Part shown: positions 9,922 through 21,263 of the stretch, piece by piece | How positions within the stretch are numbered: the stretch's first letter is position 1 | How the letters are laid out: each line of letters starts with the position of its first letter | DNA from: a virus | Taxonomy: Duplodnaviria; Caudoviricetes | Strand: one strand, 5' to 3' | DNA: 64,000 nucleotides | IMG/VR virus record: IMGVR_UViG_3300037453_000316 | Span: 6,372-70,371 of that record | Made by a program: the position numbers and the translations under genes | The notes under the pieces: generated by a model | The model's database searches: none | Seen by the model: only the letters and a program-made list of their open reading frames with translations | What the model was told of the DNA's origin: nothing

Positions 9922-10629
9922 ATGGAAGTCATACTTGATGAACTGACACCCAAGGAGTTTTTCTCAAACGGAGGGGTGGTGAAAATTAAAATCGTACTGG
10001 AATCCTTGAAAAAGGAGTACAAGAGAACAAAATTCTTGTTTTATGAATACAGGGAATATCTTCGTTTTTTAAGGGGAGTGCATTTGAAATGCTTGAACAT
10101 TTATCCTAGTCTTGAAAGAAAAGAAATATACAAGAAGATAATCGAATCTTTGGAATTTTCCTGTTCTATCGGAACGAAAGTCTATATGATAGACCCAAAT
10201 TTTGACAATGTGCATTCCATTGAATTTTGCAAGTTCTACTACTGTTATGACAATGAACTGTTACCGATGAAGAACGATGATGGAAACAAGATTGACACAT
10301 ATGGTATAAAGAATGTCAATTTTTCATTGATAAACGTGGATGATACCAGATGGGAGAAATTCAGGGACCAGCGTCTTGAAAGAGGGTTCGATGATTCCGA
10401 ACTGTGGAATCTGTTTGAGACATTTTCAAAGTTTATCATCCCGAGACTGAAGGAATTTGAAAAGGGACATGTAAGCTGTCCCGTAAATATGACCGATGAA
10501 GAGTGGCATAAGATACTCAATTCTATGATAGAAGGATTTGAATCTATCATCAATGGATGTACGGACGATGAAAAGGTCGAGTATGGACTGAAACTTTTTT
10601 CAAAATATTTTTTATACCTATGGGATTAA
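9922..10629 (+). CDS. Hypothetical phage protein
   Basis: 235-aa ORF; TATCTTTG at 9910-9917 directly upstream. Confidence 0.7.
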   Translation: MEVILDELTPKEFFSNGGVVKIKIVLESLKKEYKRTKFLFYEYREYLRFLRGVHLKCLNIYPSLERKEIYKKIIESLEFSCSIGTKVYMIDPNFDNVHSIEFCKFYYCYDNELLPMKNDDGNKIDTYGIKNVNFSLINVDDTRWEKFRDQRLERGFDDSELWNLFETFSKFIIPRLKEFEKGHVSCPVNMTDEEWHKILNSMIEGFESIINGCTDDEKVEYGLKLFSKYFLYLWD

Positions 10630-11309
10630 ATATGAACAAGATAACATTTATATCGGATACACATACAAGAAACGGCTATTTGAAGGATTTACCCGGAGGC
10701 GACATAATCATCTTCGCCGGCGACTGTATGGGTTCGGGGTACAAGGTGAAGGAACTGTCGGAATTTTCAAAATGGTTCTCCAAACAGAACTACACATATA
10801 AGGTCTGTATCGCTGGAAACCACGACAGATACTGTGAGAATACCTCGAAGGATTTCGTCAAGGAGATGTTCTTCGACGAGAATGGTATAATCTACCTTCA
10901 AGACGAACTCGTTGAAATCAACGGACTGAAGATATATGGTACGCCATACCAGCCCTATTTCTGCAACTGGGCGTTCAATGTCAACGACAGTGACAAGCTC
11001 AAAAGCATATACAAGATGATACCGGACGGTGTGGACATACTCGTCACACATTGTCCTCCATACGGAATACTCGACAAGAGCCATATTCCGAGACCTTGGT
11101 CTGGACGGACCGGTGAGGAACCGCTGGGAAGCAAGGAACTCCTCGAAACCATAAATGAAATGGAAAACAAACCAAAGGTTTGTGTGTTCGGACATATACA
11201 CGGGGACGGAGGTAAAATGATAGAAATTGATGGTGTCAAATATATAAACGCATCCGTCTGTGACGAGGAATATGAACCGGTCAACGGTATAATTTCAATA
11301 GAGATATAA
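10620..11309 (+). CDS. Calcineurin-like metallophosphoesterase
   Basis: SDTH, AGD, GNHD, THCPP, GHIH motifs. Confidence 0.9.
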   Translation: MGLNMNKITFISDTHTRNGYLKDLPGGDIIIFAGDCMGSGYKVKELSEFSKWFSKQNYTYKVCIAGNHDRYCENTSKDFVKEMFFDENGIIYLQDELVEINGLKIYGTPYQPYFCNWAFNVNDSDKLKSIYKMIPDGVDILVTHCPPYGILDKSHIPRPWSGRTGEEPLGSKELLETINEMENKPKVCVFGHIHGDGGKMIEIDGVKYINASVCDEEYEPVNGIISIEI

Positions 11310-11312
11310 AAG

Positions 11313-11340
11313 AAAAGGTGAGGATTTCCTCACCTTTTTT
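11313..11340. terminator. Bidirectional intrinsic terminator
   Basis: AAAAGGTGAGG-ATTT-CCTCACCTTTT. Confidence 0.85.
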
Positions 11341-12353
11341 TATTCCGTTATCATCTCCTTGACTTTCTTATAACTGAATTTTACTTTTGCACCATTTTCT
11401 GCATAAATCTTGAACATATTTGTTAGAATCTCTTCAAACTTCTCTTTTCCGAACAGTTTTTCGAAACCTTCAATATTTTTTCTCAACTTCTTTATATTTT
11501 CAGAATCTAACACTTGCGGGTCGTCGTCTCCGAACAATAATGTCGGTTGATATCGCTGACCTACATGACCGAGTGATATGACACAATTTTCATTCTCGAA
11601 ATGAAGATTCATTTCCAGCATATAGTCGTCTTCATCATGCCAGAAGGTCGACTTCATAATCGGACGGCTCACATCGTTGAATCTGTCGTTACCCTTGAAT
11701 GTATCACCGACTTTGAGTACAAATTCCGTTAGTATTACGAGATTTTTCTCCTCCTTTCCATATTTATCCATTTCCTTATAAATGGACTTCATATCCACTC
11801 CACTTCTTATAATTGCATCTATGGTATTTTTTCTGGATTTCTCGGAATCTTTATCTGTTTTCCTAATAACTCTTTCCACTTTCAATACATATTCGGCAAA
11901 CGAGGCGAAATCAACTTTATCCTTGTTCTTCGTCTTCTTATAGTGGTCGAGAATTTCTTCGATGGCGGTTATTGCTTTTTTTTCACTTTCACTCTCTTCC
12001 TCATATACCTCACGGTCGTAACCGTATTTTTTTACTTTATTACCGTTATATTTCAGCATCTCCTTGTAGGTCTCTATCGCCTTATCCATATCCAGCTTGC
12101 CGAGCAATTCCTTGTCTGTAAGTATGTCGTTACGTTGTGCATAGGTTGTACCACGTTTTTGTTCACTTTTTCTTGACAGATTGTCTATCGTTGACTCGCT
12201 TGCGTTGGCATAGAGGATGTACAGAAGTGCAAATTCCAGATGACTGTACTGACCCAATCCTTTTGTAATTTTTTTAAGCGACTGGTTTATGTCTTCAAGT
12301 TTCCTGGATGAAGTCTCCAGAATAAATTGTTCAAAAAGTTTAATCTTTTCCAT
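11340..12353 (-). CDS. Putative internal head protein
   Basis: MEKIKLFEQFILET N-terminus; late promoter at 12379. Confidence 0.65.
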   Translation of the reverse strand: MEKIKLFEQFILETSSRKLEDINQSLKKITKGLGQYSHLEFALLYILYANASESTIDNLSRKSEQKRGTTYAQRNDILTDKELLGKLDMDKAIETYKEMLKYNGNKVKKYGYDREVYEEESESEKKAITAIEEILDHYKKTKNKDKVDFASFAEYVLKVERVIRKTDKDSEKSRKNTIDAIIRSGVDMKSIYKEMDKYGKEEKNLVILTEFVLKVGDTFKGNDRFNDVSRPIMKSTFWHDEDDYMLEMNLHFENENCVISLGHVGQRYQPTLLFGDDDPQVLDSENIKKLRKNIEGFEKLFGKEKFEEILTNMFKIYAENGAKVKFSYKKVKEMITE

Positions 12354-12378
12354 AATTATTTTTTTTTTTATGATATTA

Positions 12379-12395
12379 TATTTATGTCATAAATA
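12379..12395. promoter_or_regulatory. Palindromic pair of divergent late promoters
   Basis: TATTTATG-T-CATAAATA between divergent genes; a TATAAATA also lies at 12399-12406. Confidence 0.75.
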
Positions 12396-12419
12396 ATATA
12401 TAAATACAACTAAAGAAGA

Positions 12420-14105
12420 ATGGCCATTTATAATTTCGGTACCGGTGGTTTTAACGGTATGTATCCGTATAATACGGGTGTGTACAATTATAACAATGGA
12501 ACATACTCGTACTCCAATGGTAATCTATCATCAAGTACCACATTTATCAACGGTATTCCATATACACAGAACATAATGATGCTCAACGGCACCGGAGCCG
12601 GTTGCGGTGACTCACCGTGCCCACAGGGATACTCACTGTACTTTCCTTGTCTGAAAAACATAACGAGGGGTGAGGATGTGTGTTTTGAATTTTATGTGGT
12701 GAACAATGAGACGAAGGATGTTGTGGATTTGAGAACTGTGGAAGCCCTCACGATAACTTTGACTGGAAATTTCGGCTGTGTTCTCGGAACATATATGTAT
12801 CCAAGTGATGACGGATATATAAGACCACTTCAAACAGAAGAATACAAGCACCTTATAGATGAAAATTTTACAGAAAGACCTTTCCGTTACCTTTCCGTGA
12901 CACTTGTTGATGAAAATATAGACGAGATTTCCGAGAAGGGTGTGGACGGAAAGATTGGAAAATACTTTGACGGTGATACTGTGGAACTCAACGCCTATGA
13001 CACTTCATCGTATATTTTCGTAGGATGGATTGACATAGATGCAGAATATGATTCGGAATGTGATGAGTTCTATCTGTCAACCGACCGCAAACTTACTTTC
13101 GAAATAAAACGGGATATGAACATAGCCGCAGTTTACAGGAAAAGAAAGAAATTCAAGATTTCCCTCTATCAGGGAAACTCCACATTCAGTTATTTAAAGA
13201 ACGGTAAGGAGAAACCTCTGTATGACGGATATAATGTGGAGGAAGGAAAACACATTATAGTGAGAACAAAACCATTCAATGAAATGTTTTTGGATTGGGG
13301 CGCAAGTGAACTTGGAGAATCCAAATGTTCGGAAATAGAAAACATATTGTTAAAGATAGAAGTATTATCTGATATTTTCCTGAAAATAAACGGACTTTCT
13401 TTAGATGATATTGGTGAAAGTGATGAAGAATTGAGTCTTTATGATTTGAACTTTATTGAATTTTCATTTAATGACCTTTTGAATAACTTGAATATGAATA
13501 CGGATGATGATGTTTTTGAAGACCACGAACTGGTTGAAAACGACCCGTCTTATGAAATCAAATTCTTTGAAAATGTGGATATTTCCAAAGTGTTCGATGA
13601 ATGTAAACCTACAGACTATGACAAGTTATATTGCTATTATTCGGGACCTAACTGTATATTGAGGTTTGGTGATAATGAAGGAAACGGATTTGTTGAATTT
13701 ACAAATCCTGGTATAGAGACCGAAACGATATTGGAAGTATATTGTATGAAATATGGAGATAACAATAGTTCGGTTTCTGTATCATTGGATGATACAGAAT
13801 CACAAGTACAAAAAATAGAATCGAAAAATTTTGACAAGTTAATCTTTGACTTTGAAAAAATTGATTTCAACAAGATAAAAATATCGTCATTGGGAATAGG
13901 TTTTATAGACAGGTTTACCTTGTCCGATATGATTTTCATAGATAAGGGTAAGATGGCGTTATGTTTGCCGGGTTCGGAGACATCCAAATTCTACAGAGGT
14001 AAGATTACGGCGACCGGAGCGATAAGGATAAACGGCGCAAATCATGGACTTCCTTGTGCAATGGTTGGAAATGTTACAAATATTCCGATAATAAATATAA
14101 TATAA
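12420..14105 (+). CDS. Putative virion/baseplate protein with InlB B-repeat-like domain
   Basis: Late promoter; DTVELNAYDTSSYIFVGW...LTFEIKRDMNIAAVY resembles a divergent B-repeat. Confidence 0.55.
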   Translation: MAIYNFGTGGFNGMYPYNTGVYNYNNGTYSYSNGNLSSSTTFINGIPYTQNIMMLNGTGAGCGDSPCPQGYSLYFPCLKNITRGEDVCFEFYVVNNETKDVVDLRTVEALTITLTGNFGCVLGTYMYPSDDGYIRPLQTEEYKHLIDENFTERPFRYLSVTLVDENIDEISEKGVDGKIGKYFDGDTVELNAYDTSSYIFVGWIDIDAEYDSECDEFYLSTDRKLTFEIKRDMNIAAVYRKRKKFKISLYQGNSTFSYLKNGKEKPLYDGYNVEEGKHIIVRTKPFNEMFLDWGASELGESKCSEIENILLKIEVLSDIFLKINGLSLDDIGESDEELSLYDLNFIEFSFNDLLNNLNMNTDDDVFEDHELVENDPSYEIKFFENVDISKVFDECKPTDYDKLYCYYSGPNCILRFGDNEGNGFVEFTNPGIETETILEVYCMKYGDNNSSVSVSLDDTESQVQKIESKNFDKLIFDFEKIDFNKIKISSLGIGFIDRFTLSDMIFIDKGKMALCLPGSETSKFYRGKITATGAIRINGANHGLPCAMVGNVTNIPIINII

Positions 14106-14120
14106 TAATAAAGATAAATT

Positions 14121-15626
14121 ATGAAAAATATATTAAGTTTTGACGATTTTATTTTGAAAGAATCGATTCAACTGAATGAAGGTCTTTTGCAAAATCTTTT
14201 TGGCGCTCTATTCGGACATGATATGTGGAGTACTGTAAAAGGTGAAAATATCATAAAGGATGAGTTCAAAAAGATTGACGATAAATTGAACGGATTCAAT
14301 CTAACAAAGATAAAGAATCCGAATGCTTCACAGGATGTACGCCAGACTCTGGTCGACTGGGCTGATGAGATATATAAGGCCAAGAAAAAATTAAAGGAAG
14401 AAACGGATAAAGATAAGGAAGGTGATGATAAAGAAAAAGATAAGAAAGAAGATGGAAACAATATTCTTCCGGTATTGATTGGTTCGTTTAAATTTGAAGG
14501 TGATACAGAAGAGGCTATAAAAAAAGAAATAGAAAATAACGAAGAACTTAAAAAATTGTCGGAGAAAACCAAAGATGAAATTCTGACCGCTTGGAAAAAG
14601 GTTCAAGACGACAAGGAACTCTCAAAGAAACTCGATGAACTCAAGTCCGAAGTTGAAAAAATAGACAAGAAATATCAGAAAACCCTCGATGATGTGACTG
14701 GCAGTTCCGCCGACTTGAAGAGATGGGCGAATATTTTGAAGGACAGAATGAACGACATTATCGATAAGATTCTTTGTGGTAAATATGATGAAGACAGTGA
14801 ACTCGCAAAAGACCTTGAAAAGATACAAGGTGAGAAGGAGAAGAAACTCAAGGAGGAAAATGAAGAAGAAATAAAGATTGTCAATGAAAAAGCAAAAGTA
14901 ATTGATAAACAAAGAAAAGAATTATTTTCAAAATGTAACATAAAACCGACAGATAAGAAAACCGCACCGGAATTTCTCAATAATTTTGTGAAGGTGTTTG
15001 ATGATAAGAAACTTTATGAAAGTTTTGAGATGAAGAACTTGAAGGGTAAGAGTAAAATTTCACAAGACCATATTGATTTCTTCAAAGATTCTTTCGGAAT
15101 TGACATCAAAGATGATGCAGACAGAGAATCGGTTTTTAAAACAATGTACTGTATCAACAGAGATGTTCTTTCAGATATAGACGATAAAAATGTATTTTCA
15201 AACTTTGAAAAAATATCTGGTGAATCTATTCACGCTTTCTTTGTATCATATTGTAACTTATTGTTTTCTGCATCAAATACGGGAGACAAAGGAAAGTTGT
15301 CAAAGGAGATGACGGATTTCATAGCACACTGTGCAATGTCTTCAACAGTAGAGATAGGTTTCGGTTTACCTTTCACAAAAGAAACCGAAAATAATATACC
15401 AAAGGAAGGTGAGGAGGATGAGAGAGTTGGTATGTTGAATTATTATATCGGCAAGACACAAAAGGTTCTTGAAAAATCGAATGAGGGACAACCTATATCA
15501 AACGCATTGAGTAAACTTGTTGGTGATGTTGTGGAGGTCGCAAAGGAAATAAAAGAAAAATACGAAAAAGAACAGGAGAAAGAAGCCGACAAAGAAAAAC
15601 AAGAAGAAGAAAAGGAGGACAAATAA
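14121..15626 (+). CDS. Putative internal head protein, charged and helical
   Basis: MKNILSFDDFILKESIQLNEG; internal LYES. Confidence 0.65.
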   Translation: MKNILSFDDFILKESIQLNEGLLQNLFGALFGHDMWSTVKGENIIKDEFKKIDDKLNGFNLTKIKNPNASQDVRQTLVDWADEIYKAKKKLKEETDKDKEGDDKEKDKKEDGNNILPVLIGSFKFEGDTEEAIKKEIENNEELKKLSEKTKDEILTAWKKVQDDKELSKKLDELKSEVEKIDKKYQKTLDDVTGSSADLKRWANILKDRMNDIIDKILCGKYDEDSELAKDLEKIQGEKEKKLKEENEEEIKIVNEKAKVIDKQRKELFSKCNIKPTDKKTAPEFLNNFVKVFDDKKLYESFEMKNLKGKSKISQDHIDFFKDSFGIDIKDDADRESVFKTMYCINRDVLSDIDDKNVFSNFEKISGESIHAFFVSYCNLLFSASNTGDKGKLSKEMTDFIAHCAMSSTVEIGFGLPFTKETENNIPKEGEEDERVGMLNYYIGKTQKVLEKSNEGQPISNALSKLVGDVVEVAKEIKEKYEKEQEKEADKEKQEEEKEDK

Positions 15627-15627
15627 T

Positions 15628-16248
15628 ATGGATACGATTTTAAAATTTGAAGAATTTCTTCTGAATGAGAATAGGAAAAGACATATTCCGAAAGACATAC
15701 GAAAAAAAGTAATGGCGTTTCTCAAAAAGATAGACACCGACAAAATTAAAGGTCTAGTCAAAAATATTTTGAAAAATAAGGATAATTCGGTGTCTGAAAG
15801 TAAGAAAACACCGAAACTCGATATAAAGAAAGTAACGAAGTTCTTTTTTGATAGGATTGATTTTTCTATGGATGACAAATATCTTGACGATATAAATGAC
15901 GCTATTATTTCATTCACGAAATTTGCAAGAGATGAATTTAAAAAGTTGAAATCTGATGAAACGATATTCATTACATTCGCATCCATGATATATTGGGCGT
16001 ATTTCTGTTACTCGGGGGATGAGAAGTTCTTGAAGAGAAACGATATACTTGAATATTTGTTTTATGCGGCTCTTCCCGCCAAATATAATGACTTGCCCGT
16101 AGTTGATGATGACGAGGATAAGGACGAAGAGAAACAAAGGGGGTTATTCAGTTATTTCACCGATTATTTTGAAGAAGAGCTTTCAACGAGCGAGATACTT
16201 CCAAATATCAAGAAACTGGAAAAGAAGGTAGATGAAATGGGAAAATAA
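15628..16248 (+). CDS. Putative internal head protein
   Basis: MDTILKFEEFLLNEN. Confidence 0.65.
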   Translation: MDTILKFEEFLLNENRKRHIPKDIRKKVMAFLKKIDTDKIKGLVKNILKNKDNSVSESKKTPKLDIKKVTKFFFDRIDFSMDDKYLDDINDAIISFTKFARDEFKKLKSDETIFITFASMIYWAYFCYSGDEKFLKRNDILEYLFYAALPAKYNDLPVVDDDEDKDEEKQRGLFSYFTDYFEEELSTSEILPNIKKLEKKVDEMGK

Positions 16249-16250
16249 AA

Positions 16251-16283
16251 AAAAAAGGTTCCGAAATTCGGAACCTTTTTTTT
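16251..16283. terminator. Bidirectional intrinsic terminator
   Basis: AAAAAAGGTTCCG-AAATT-CGGAACCTTTTTT. Confidence 0.85.
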
Positions 16284-16294
16284 GATTGAGTCTC

Positions 16295-16897
16295 TTACAT
16301 CGGAATTGCCGGACCCATCTGTGGTGCCGGAAGACCGATTGTCTCTTCTGCCCAGTAGTCACAGTTGAATGTGATTTGAAGTTCGTTTGCTTCGTTGACG
16401 GAATCATAGTTCCTGTCACCCATACCGGTTATCTGACCTGTCGGGAAGATGTCATAGCAGGTAATTTTTCTCCAAACGGAACCGTCACGGTTGTATTCAA
16501 CTATAATCATAGTTCCACAGTAGATTACCTTCAAACCCTGTGAACCCGTTGCCGGATTGTAAATCAAGTTTGTCCAGTTACGGAGAGCCGTGTAGATGTA
16601 GTTCTCGTTGGCGTTGTTCAAGTTCAATGAGAATGTTATACCGAGTTCCAAGTGTGTCTGGTCCGGACCGCCGGCATAACTTCTTTCAGCAAATTTGAAC
16701 TTTTGTCTTGCAACACCTACCGCCGGATTCAGACCGTCGAGACCCGAAATACTACGGACATGTTCAAGAAGAAGAGCCGAATTGGCTGTCACTTGCTGCT
16801 CCAAAGGAGATAAAATCGTAACCTCGAACAACGAGGGGTTTACAACTTCCCATTTATTCGTGGCAGCATGACTGTTTCTATAATGCGATAAAGACAT
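16295..16897 (-). CDS. gp19: Tail tube protein (T4 gp19-like)
   Basis: About 200 aa; YTALRNWTNLIYNPATG, C-terminal LQITFNCDYW pattern; late promoter at 16951. Confidence 0.8.
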   Translation of the reverse strand: MSLSHYRNSHAATNKWEVVNPSLFEVTILSPLEQQVTANSALLLEHVRSISGLDGLNPAVGVARQKFKFAERSYAGGPDQTHLELGITFSLNLNNANENYIYTALRNWTNLIYNPATGSQGLKVIYCGTMIIVEYNRDGSVWRKITCYDIFPTGQITGMGDRNYDSVNEANELQITFNCDYWAEETIGLPAPQMGPAIPM

Positions 16898-16963
16898 AAT
16901 ATATTTATTTTTAGTTGTTTATGTTTCGAGAAGAAACTATCCTCTCACATTATTTATGAAATT

Positions 16964-18019
16964 TTATTTCCAGTTGTTTTCTTTTGCGATATCATCTATT
17001 AAATTTCTTTTATATAAGAAATTAAATGCGGACCTATTCATTCTTTTAAATTCACTTCTTGAACCATATTTTTTAGATTCTGTTTTTGCAGAATCTATTG
17101 TCCATTCTTTTTTACGTAATTCCAACCAAGTCATCTCCTCCAACCATCCATTCTCTCTTGCTATGCAATAAGGTCTACTGTTTCTACTGAAAGCATTTCT
17201 ATTCTTATATTTGTGTGATTCTTTAAAAACAAGTTCCTTGGTCCATTTTATTTTCGGTTCTGGTCTGTGTAACCAAGTCATTTCGTCAAGCCATCCGTTC
17301 TTCAACGCAACACAATATACAGTTTTGTGTTTTCTATAAAATTCCACCCTCGACCCATATTTCCTCGACTCCTCGAAAACCTCCTCCTTCGTCCATTCCG
17401 TCCTCACGAGTCTATTTATCCACGGCATCTTGTCGAAGAGTTTGTGTTTTCTTGCGTACTCGTATGGATAAGGCGAGTATTTCTTGAAATCCTTCCTGTT
17501 CGTGTATTTCCTCGATTCCTCGATTACAGTTTCGTCCGTCCATTTAAAATGAAGACCTATCGAACTGCACCCAACACCAACTTTCGCCTTATTTAATAGT
17601 TCATATCCATTGTTTTTATATACTTCAACCCAATATTTTTCCTTTTCTTGTGACTCTAAAATAGTTAAATTATTTTCAAGATATTTGGGTTCAGGAACGG
17701 ATTTTCCAATTGACGTGAAGTATTTATATACTGGTGAATTGGAACTTTTGTTAATAGAAAACTTTCCAGTGGAGTGTTCTTTGTGTCTTCGTTCTTTATC
17801 GATAGTCAAACCTATATATGCGATTTTATTATTATTGTCTTCATATACATACACACATCTCTTTTTATCATCATTTTTATAATTTGAAAGCCAAGTCATT
17901 TTATCCAATAGACCGAGTTTTAATGAATATTTATACGCTGAATTTGATTTTCTTGCAAATTCGGTTCTATTCTTATATTTTTTGGATTCTTCCAATAACA
18001 ATTCTTTTGTCCACTTCAT
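16964..18019 (-). mobile_element. Free-standing GIY-YIG homing endonuclease with KWTKE-type repeats
   Basis: CVYVYE...AYIGLT...RHKEH core; repeated KWTxE.V.EES.KY..R.EF units; mostly AT-rich. Confidence 0.8.
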
Positions 18020-18091
18020 ATTTTATTTATGGGTAAAACTCCAAAAACATTTTTTCATAAATAATATATATAAAAATAAAATGCAATAATT

Positions 18092-21000
18092 ATGGCTTTA
18101 GATGCAGAATTAAGTAATTTGAAATCAGCCGGTACCTATCGTTTTGAAAGAGACCTTAGTACCATTTCAAATGACACAACATCCTTCTCAAATTTGAGAC
18201 TGGTTGTCGGTTTCTCGAAGACAGGTCCGTTCAATACACCTATGCTCGTAACCAATTCGGCACAGTTTATCAAATTGTATGGTCCTATCGACCGTTCTCT
18301 CGAGAAGAGGGGTTCATACTTCCACAGAAGTTGTCTCGTGGCATTAAGTGCAGGTCCTATTCTTTGTTTAAATCTTTTAAACCTTGACCCGGACATCGAC
18401 CAGGTGCCAGAGAAAACATTCTCCGTCAATACGAAGTATTTCAACAAACCACTGATTACATTACCATTGATATCTATCTATGACACGGATAAATTCTGGT
18501 ATGCAAGTGAACAGAGTTACCTTGACGGAATAAATACATATCTAAGTTCAACAGTCTCTCCTTCTATTAAGAATTTCATTACTCCGGAGGAAAAGGCAAA
18601 ATACACAAATGATTACACTGATGACATTCTTCATTTCACGAATGTCGGAAAGAAACCTATTTCGATTCTTGTAAAAAAGGCAAGCAGTTATGCCACTATG
18701 AACTATGAATGTACATTGAATGACTGGTATGGAAAGGACAATGTTCCCGAATATCTTAACGGTACTTCATATGTAAGTGACTATATGGTTGAAGTGTATG
18801 TCATCGGTGGTGATTTTGGTCCGGCTCTTGAATCGGTCAACACAATACCTTCATTTATGGATTTGGATGATGACGGTGCTACGGAAATCTTGAAACAATA
18901 CATTGAAGTAAAGGTGACCGATGAAACAAATCCTTATGAAAGATTTACTTCAGACATTATTTTCCAGAAGTATTTCGACAAGAACGGTTTCATCCGTAAG
19001 GAAAATGACACCGATACCACAGACACGAAACTTGCAAGGTTCTTGAACCTTTCGTCTGTAAATCTTCTTGGAAAATACACGGGTTCTCTTATCCCTAACT
19101 TCGTAACAAAGTTCGGACAGAACATCTGGATACAGAAACTCGTCAACGATGATGTAAATACAACCGGACTTTTCTGTGTTGAGAATGTTGAAAAACTCGA
19201 AGATGTAACTGAAATTAACGGTGTAATCAACGAAAAGATTGACTTAATCGGTAATAACATACCCGCTATTATGAAAAGCACCGCTGAAACTAATAGTGCT
19301 GATACCGATGAAAAGATAGACCTGAACTTCTTGTCATACAAAGCGTCATACACCGCCCCAAAACAGCGTTTGATGTTCTATGCTGAAATAAACAACGACA
19401 CAAGTGAAAATGAAGACGAAAGCAGAGACGGTTATGTAGTTTATGAAAGATACCCGGTAAAAGACAGAGAGGATGAAGCGATGCCTCAGAAATACGCTTG
19501 GAAACTCACCACGCTGATTATTGAGAAAGGTAGTTTCAAGGGAGAATATGAAGTCGATGGAGATAACTGCATAGATTTACCTGGTGATTCAGATGTTGAT
19601 ATTTTTGAATTTATAAGTACACAAGGTACTGAAGACGGGGATTTGACTGACATAATCTACACTTATGAAAGCAACTTCAACGCTAGTGTTATTCCTAGTA
19701 AGATAAAGGTTTTCAATGAGAATAATGAAGAGATAACAGTTACAAAATTCTCTTATGATGAAACTCCAAACCCATTGATTACAAAAATAACTATGTTCAA
19801 CGATGATGTAGTTATATTCAATGGTCAAGAATATACTTTGGATAAACTGCACACAACATCTAAACCGGATAGTGAATTGGTAACCCTCCGTGGTAATGAA
19901 ATCCTTATACCGGTTGGTGCAAATGTAGTGGCTGGTGATTATATAATTTCCAACTATTATCGTAGTGAGAATGAGGAGATGGAGACATCAAAACTTGAAT
20001 TTTCACGTCTTACCCGCATCGTAGAGGTTCGTGGTGTATATGCAGACACTTCTGATGACAGTGATTTTGATAACATTCCTTCAAGACTTAGAAAGGTCGC
20101 TTTGAAGGTCATCTGTGCAGATGTTGTAAATAAGGATGAGAACTATATCCAGAAATTCAAAACCGTAGACCAGTTTGCAGACCGTTTCCAGTGGACCTGC
20201 TTGAAGGGTTATCAAATTCGTGAGGATTTGATGCCTGATGGTACTAACGAAAGACAGAATGAAATTCTTGATATTCTCCGTGAAAATCCAAAGTATTCGG
20301 TTATGAAGTCGAGTCTTTACAAATCACTTTGTGACAATGACTATATACAATGGAGATACCTTGTAGATACATTCGGTGGTGGTATCGAGGAGAACAGCAA
20401 GAGTGTTTATACTCTCCTTTGTCAAGGTCGTAAGAGTGCCCTTGCAATTATCAACTGTCCTTCACAAGTTGAGTTCAAGAAGTCAACCGACCCGTCATTT
20501 GTAAACAAAAGAAATTCTGTCGAGGCTGAGTTTATAGCAAAGGGTGGTGACTCTTCAAAGACCCCATCGTTCCTTTATTCACTTCCAACGGCAGAACAAG
20601 GAGCTTCATTCGGTGCATACTACTATCCTTTCTTGAAGATTTCGGATTTGAGTGCTCCAAAGAGTGTTCCACCGGCACCTTATGTATCCAACCTCTATAT
20701 GGCCAAATATAATGCAGCAAACGCTTGGTCGATAGTTGCTGGTCAGAGAAGAGGTGTTATCTCGGGCAACCAGATTATCGGTGTTGAGGCTACTCTCGTA
20801 CACGACAATCGTGACTGGTTGGAACCTATGGGTATCAACTCAATTATCTGGGAAAACGGTGTAGGTGTTGAAATCTATGCAAACAAGACTGCAAAACAGA
20901 CCCCTAAGTCTGCATTGAGTTCAATACACGTTCGTGAGTGCTGTATCTATATTCAGGACAATATCGAATCTATACTCCGTAGATACATATTCGAGATGAA

Positions 21001-21244
21001 TACGGCACAGACCCGTCTTGAAATCAAGACTCTTGTTGACAACTTCCTCGAAGGTGTCAAGACAAACGGTGGTATCTATGAATACAAGACCGTTATGGAC
21101 ACTACAAACAACACACAGGAGGTTATCGACAACAATATGGGTGTTATCGACATCTATATCGAACCTGTAAGAGGTCTTGAAATCTTGACACAGAGACTGA
21201 CGGTTATGAAGACCGGAGGTATCGCTGCCGGAGCTTTTGAATAA
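18092..21244 (+). CDS. gp18: Tail sheath protein (enlarged, 1050 aa)
   Basis: N-terminal AGTYRFERDLS/GPFNTP; C-terminal VPPAPYV..AGQRRG, IHVRE, IDIYIEPVRGLE; late promoter at 18056. Confidence 0.92.
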   Translation: MALDAELSNLKSAGTYRFERDLSTISNDTTSFSNLRLVVGFSKTGPFNTPMLVTNSAQFIKLYGPIDRSLEKRGSYFHRSCLVALSAGPILCLNLLNLDPDIDQVPEKTFSVNTKYFNKPLITLPLISIYDTDKFWYASEQSYLDGINTYLSSTVSPSIKNFITPEEKAKYTNDYTDDILHFTNVGKKPISILVKKASSYATMNYECTLNDWYGKDNVPEYLNGTSYVSDYMVEVYVIGGDFGPALESVNTIPSFMDLDDDGATEILKQYIEVKVTDETNPYERFTSDIIFQKYFDKNGFIRKENDTDTTDTKLARFLNLSSVNLLGKYTGSLIPNFVTKFGQNIWIQKLVNDDVNTTGLFCVENVEKLEDVTEINGVINEKIDLIGNNIPAIMKSTAETNSADTDEKIDLNFLSYKASYTAPKQRLMFYAEINNDTSENEDESRDGYVVYERYPVKDREDEAMPQKYAWKLTTLIIEKGSFKGEYEVDGDNCIDLPGDSDVDIFEFISTQGTEDGDLTDIIYTYESNFNASVIPSKIKVFNENNEEITVTKFSYDETPNPLITKITMFNDDVVIFNGQEYTLDKLHTTSKPDSELVTLRGNEILIPVGANVVAGDYIISNYYRSENEEMETSKLEFSRLTRIVEVRGVYADTSDDSDFDNIPSRLRKVALKVICADVVNKDENYIQKFKTVDQFADRFQWTCLKGYQIREDLMPDGTNERQNEILDILRENPKYSVMKSSLYKSLCDNDYIQWRYLVDTFGGGIEENSKSVYTLLCQGRKSALAIINCPSQVEFKKSTDPSFVNKRNSVEAEFIAKGGDSSKTPSFLYSLPTAEQGASFGAYYYPFLKISDLSAPKSVPPAPYVSNLYMAKYNAANAWSIVAGQRRGVISGNQIIGVEATLVHDNRDWLEPMGINSIIWENGVGVEIYANKTAKQTPKSALSSIHVRECCIYIQDNIESILRRYIFEMNTAQTRLEIKTLVDNFLEGVKTNGGIYEYKTVMDTTNNTQEVIDNNMGVIDIYIEPVRGLEILTQRLTVMKTGGIAAGAFE

Positions 21245-21263
21245 TCCGTTCACATTTTTTAAG

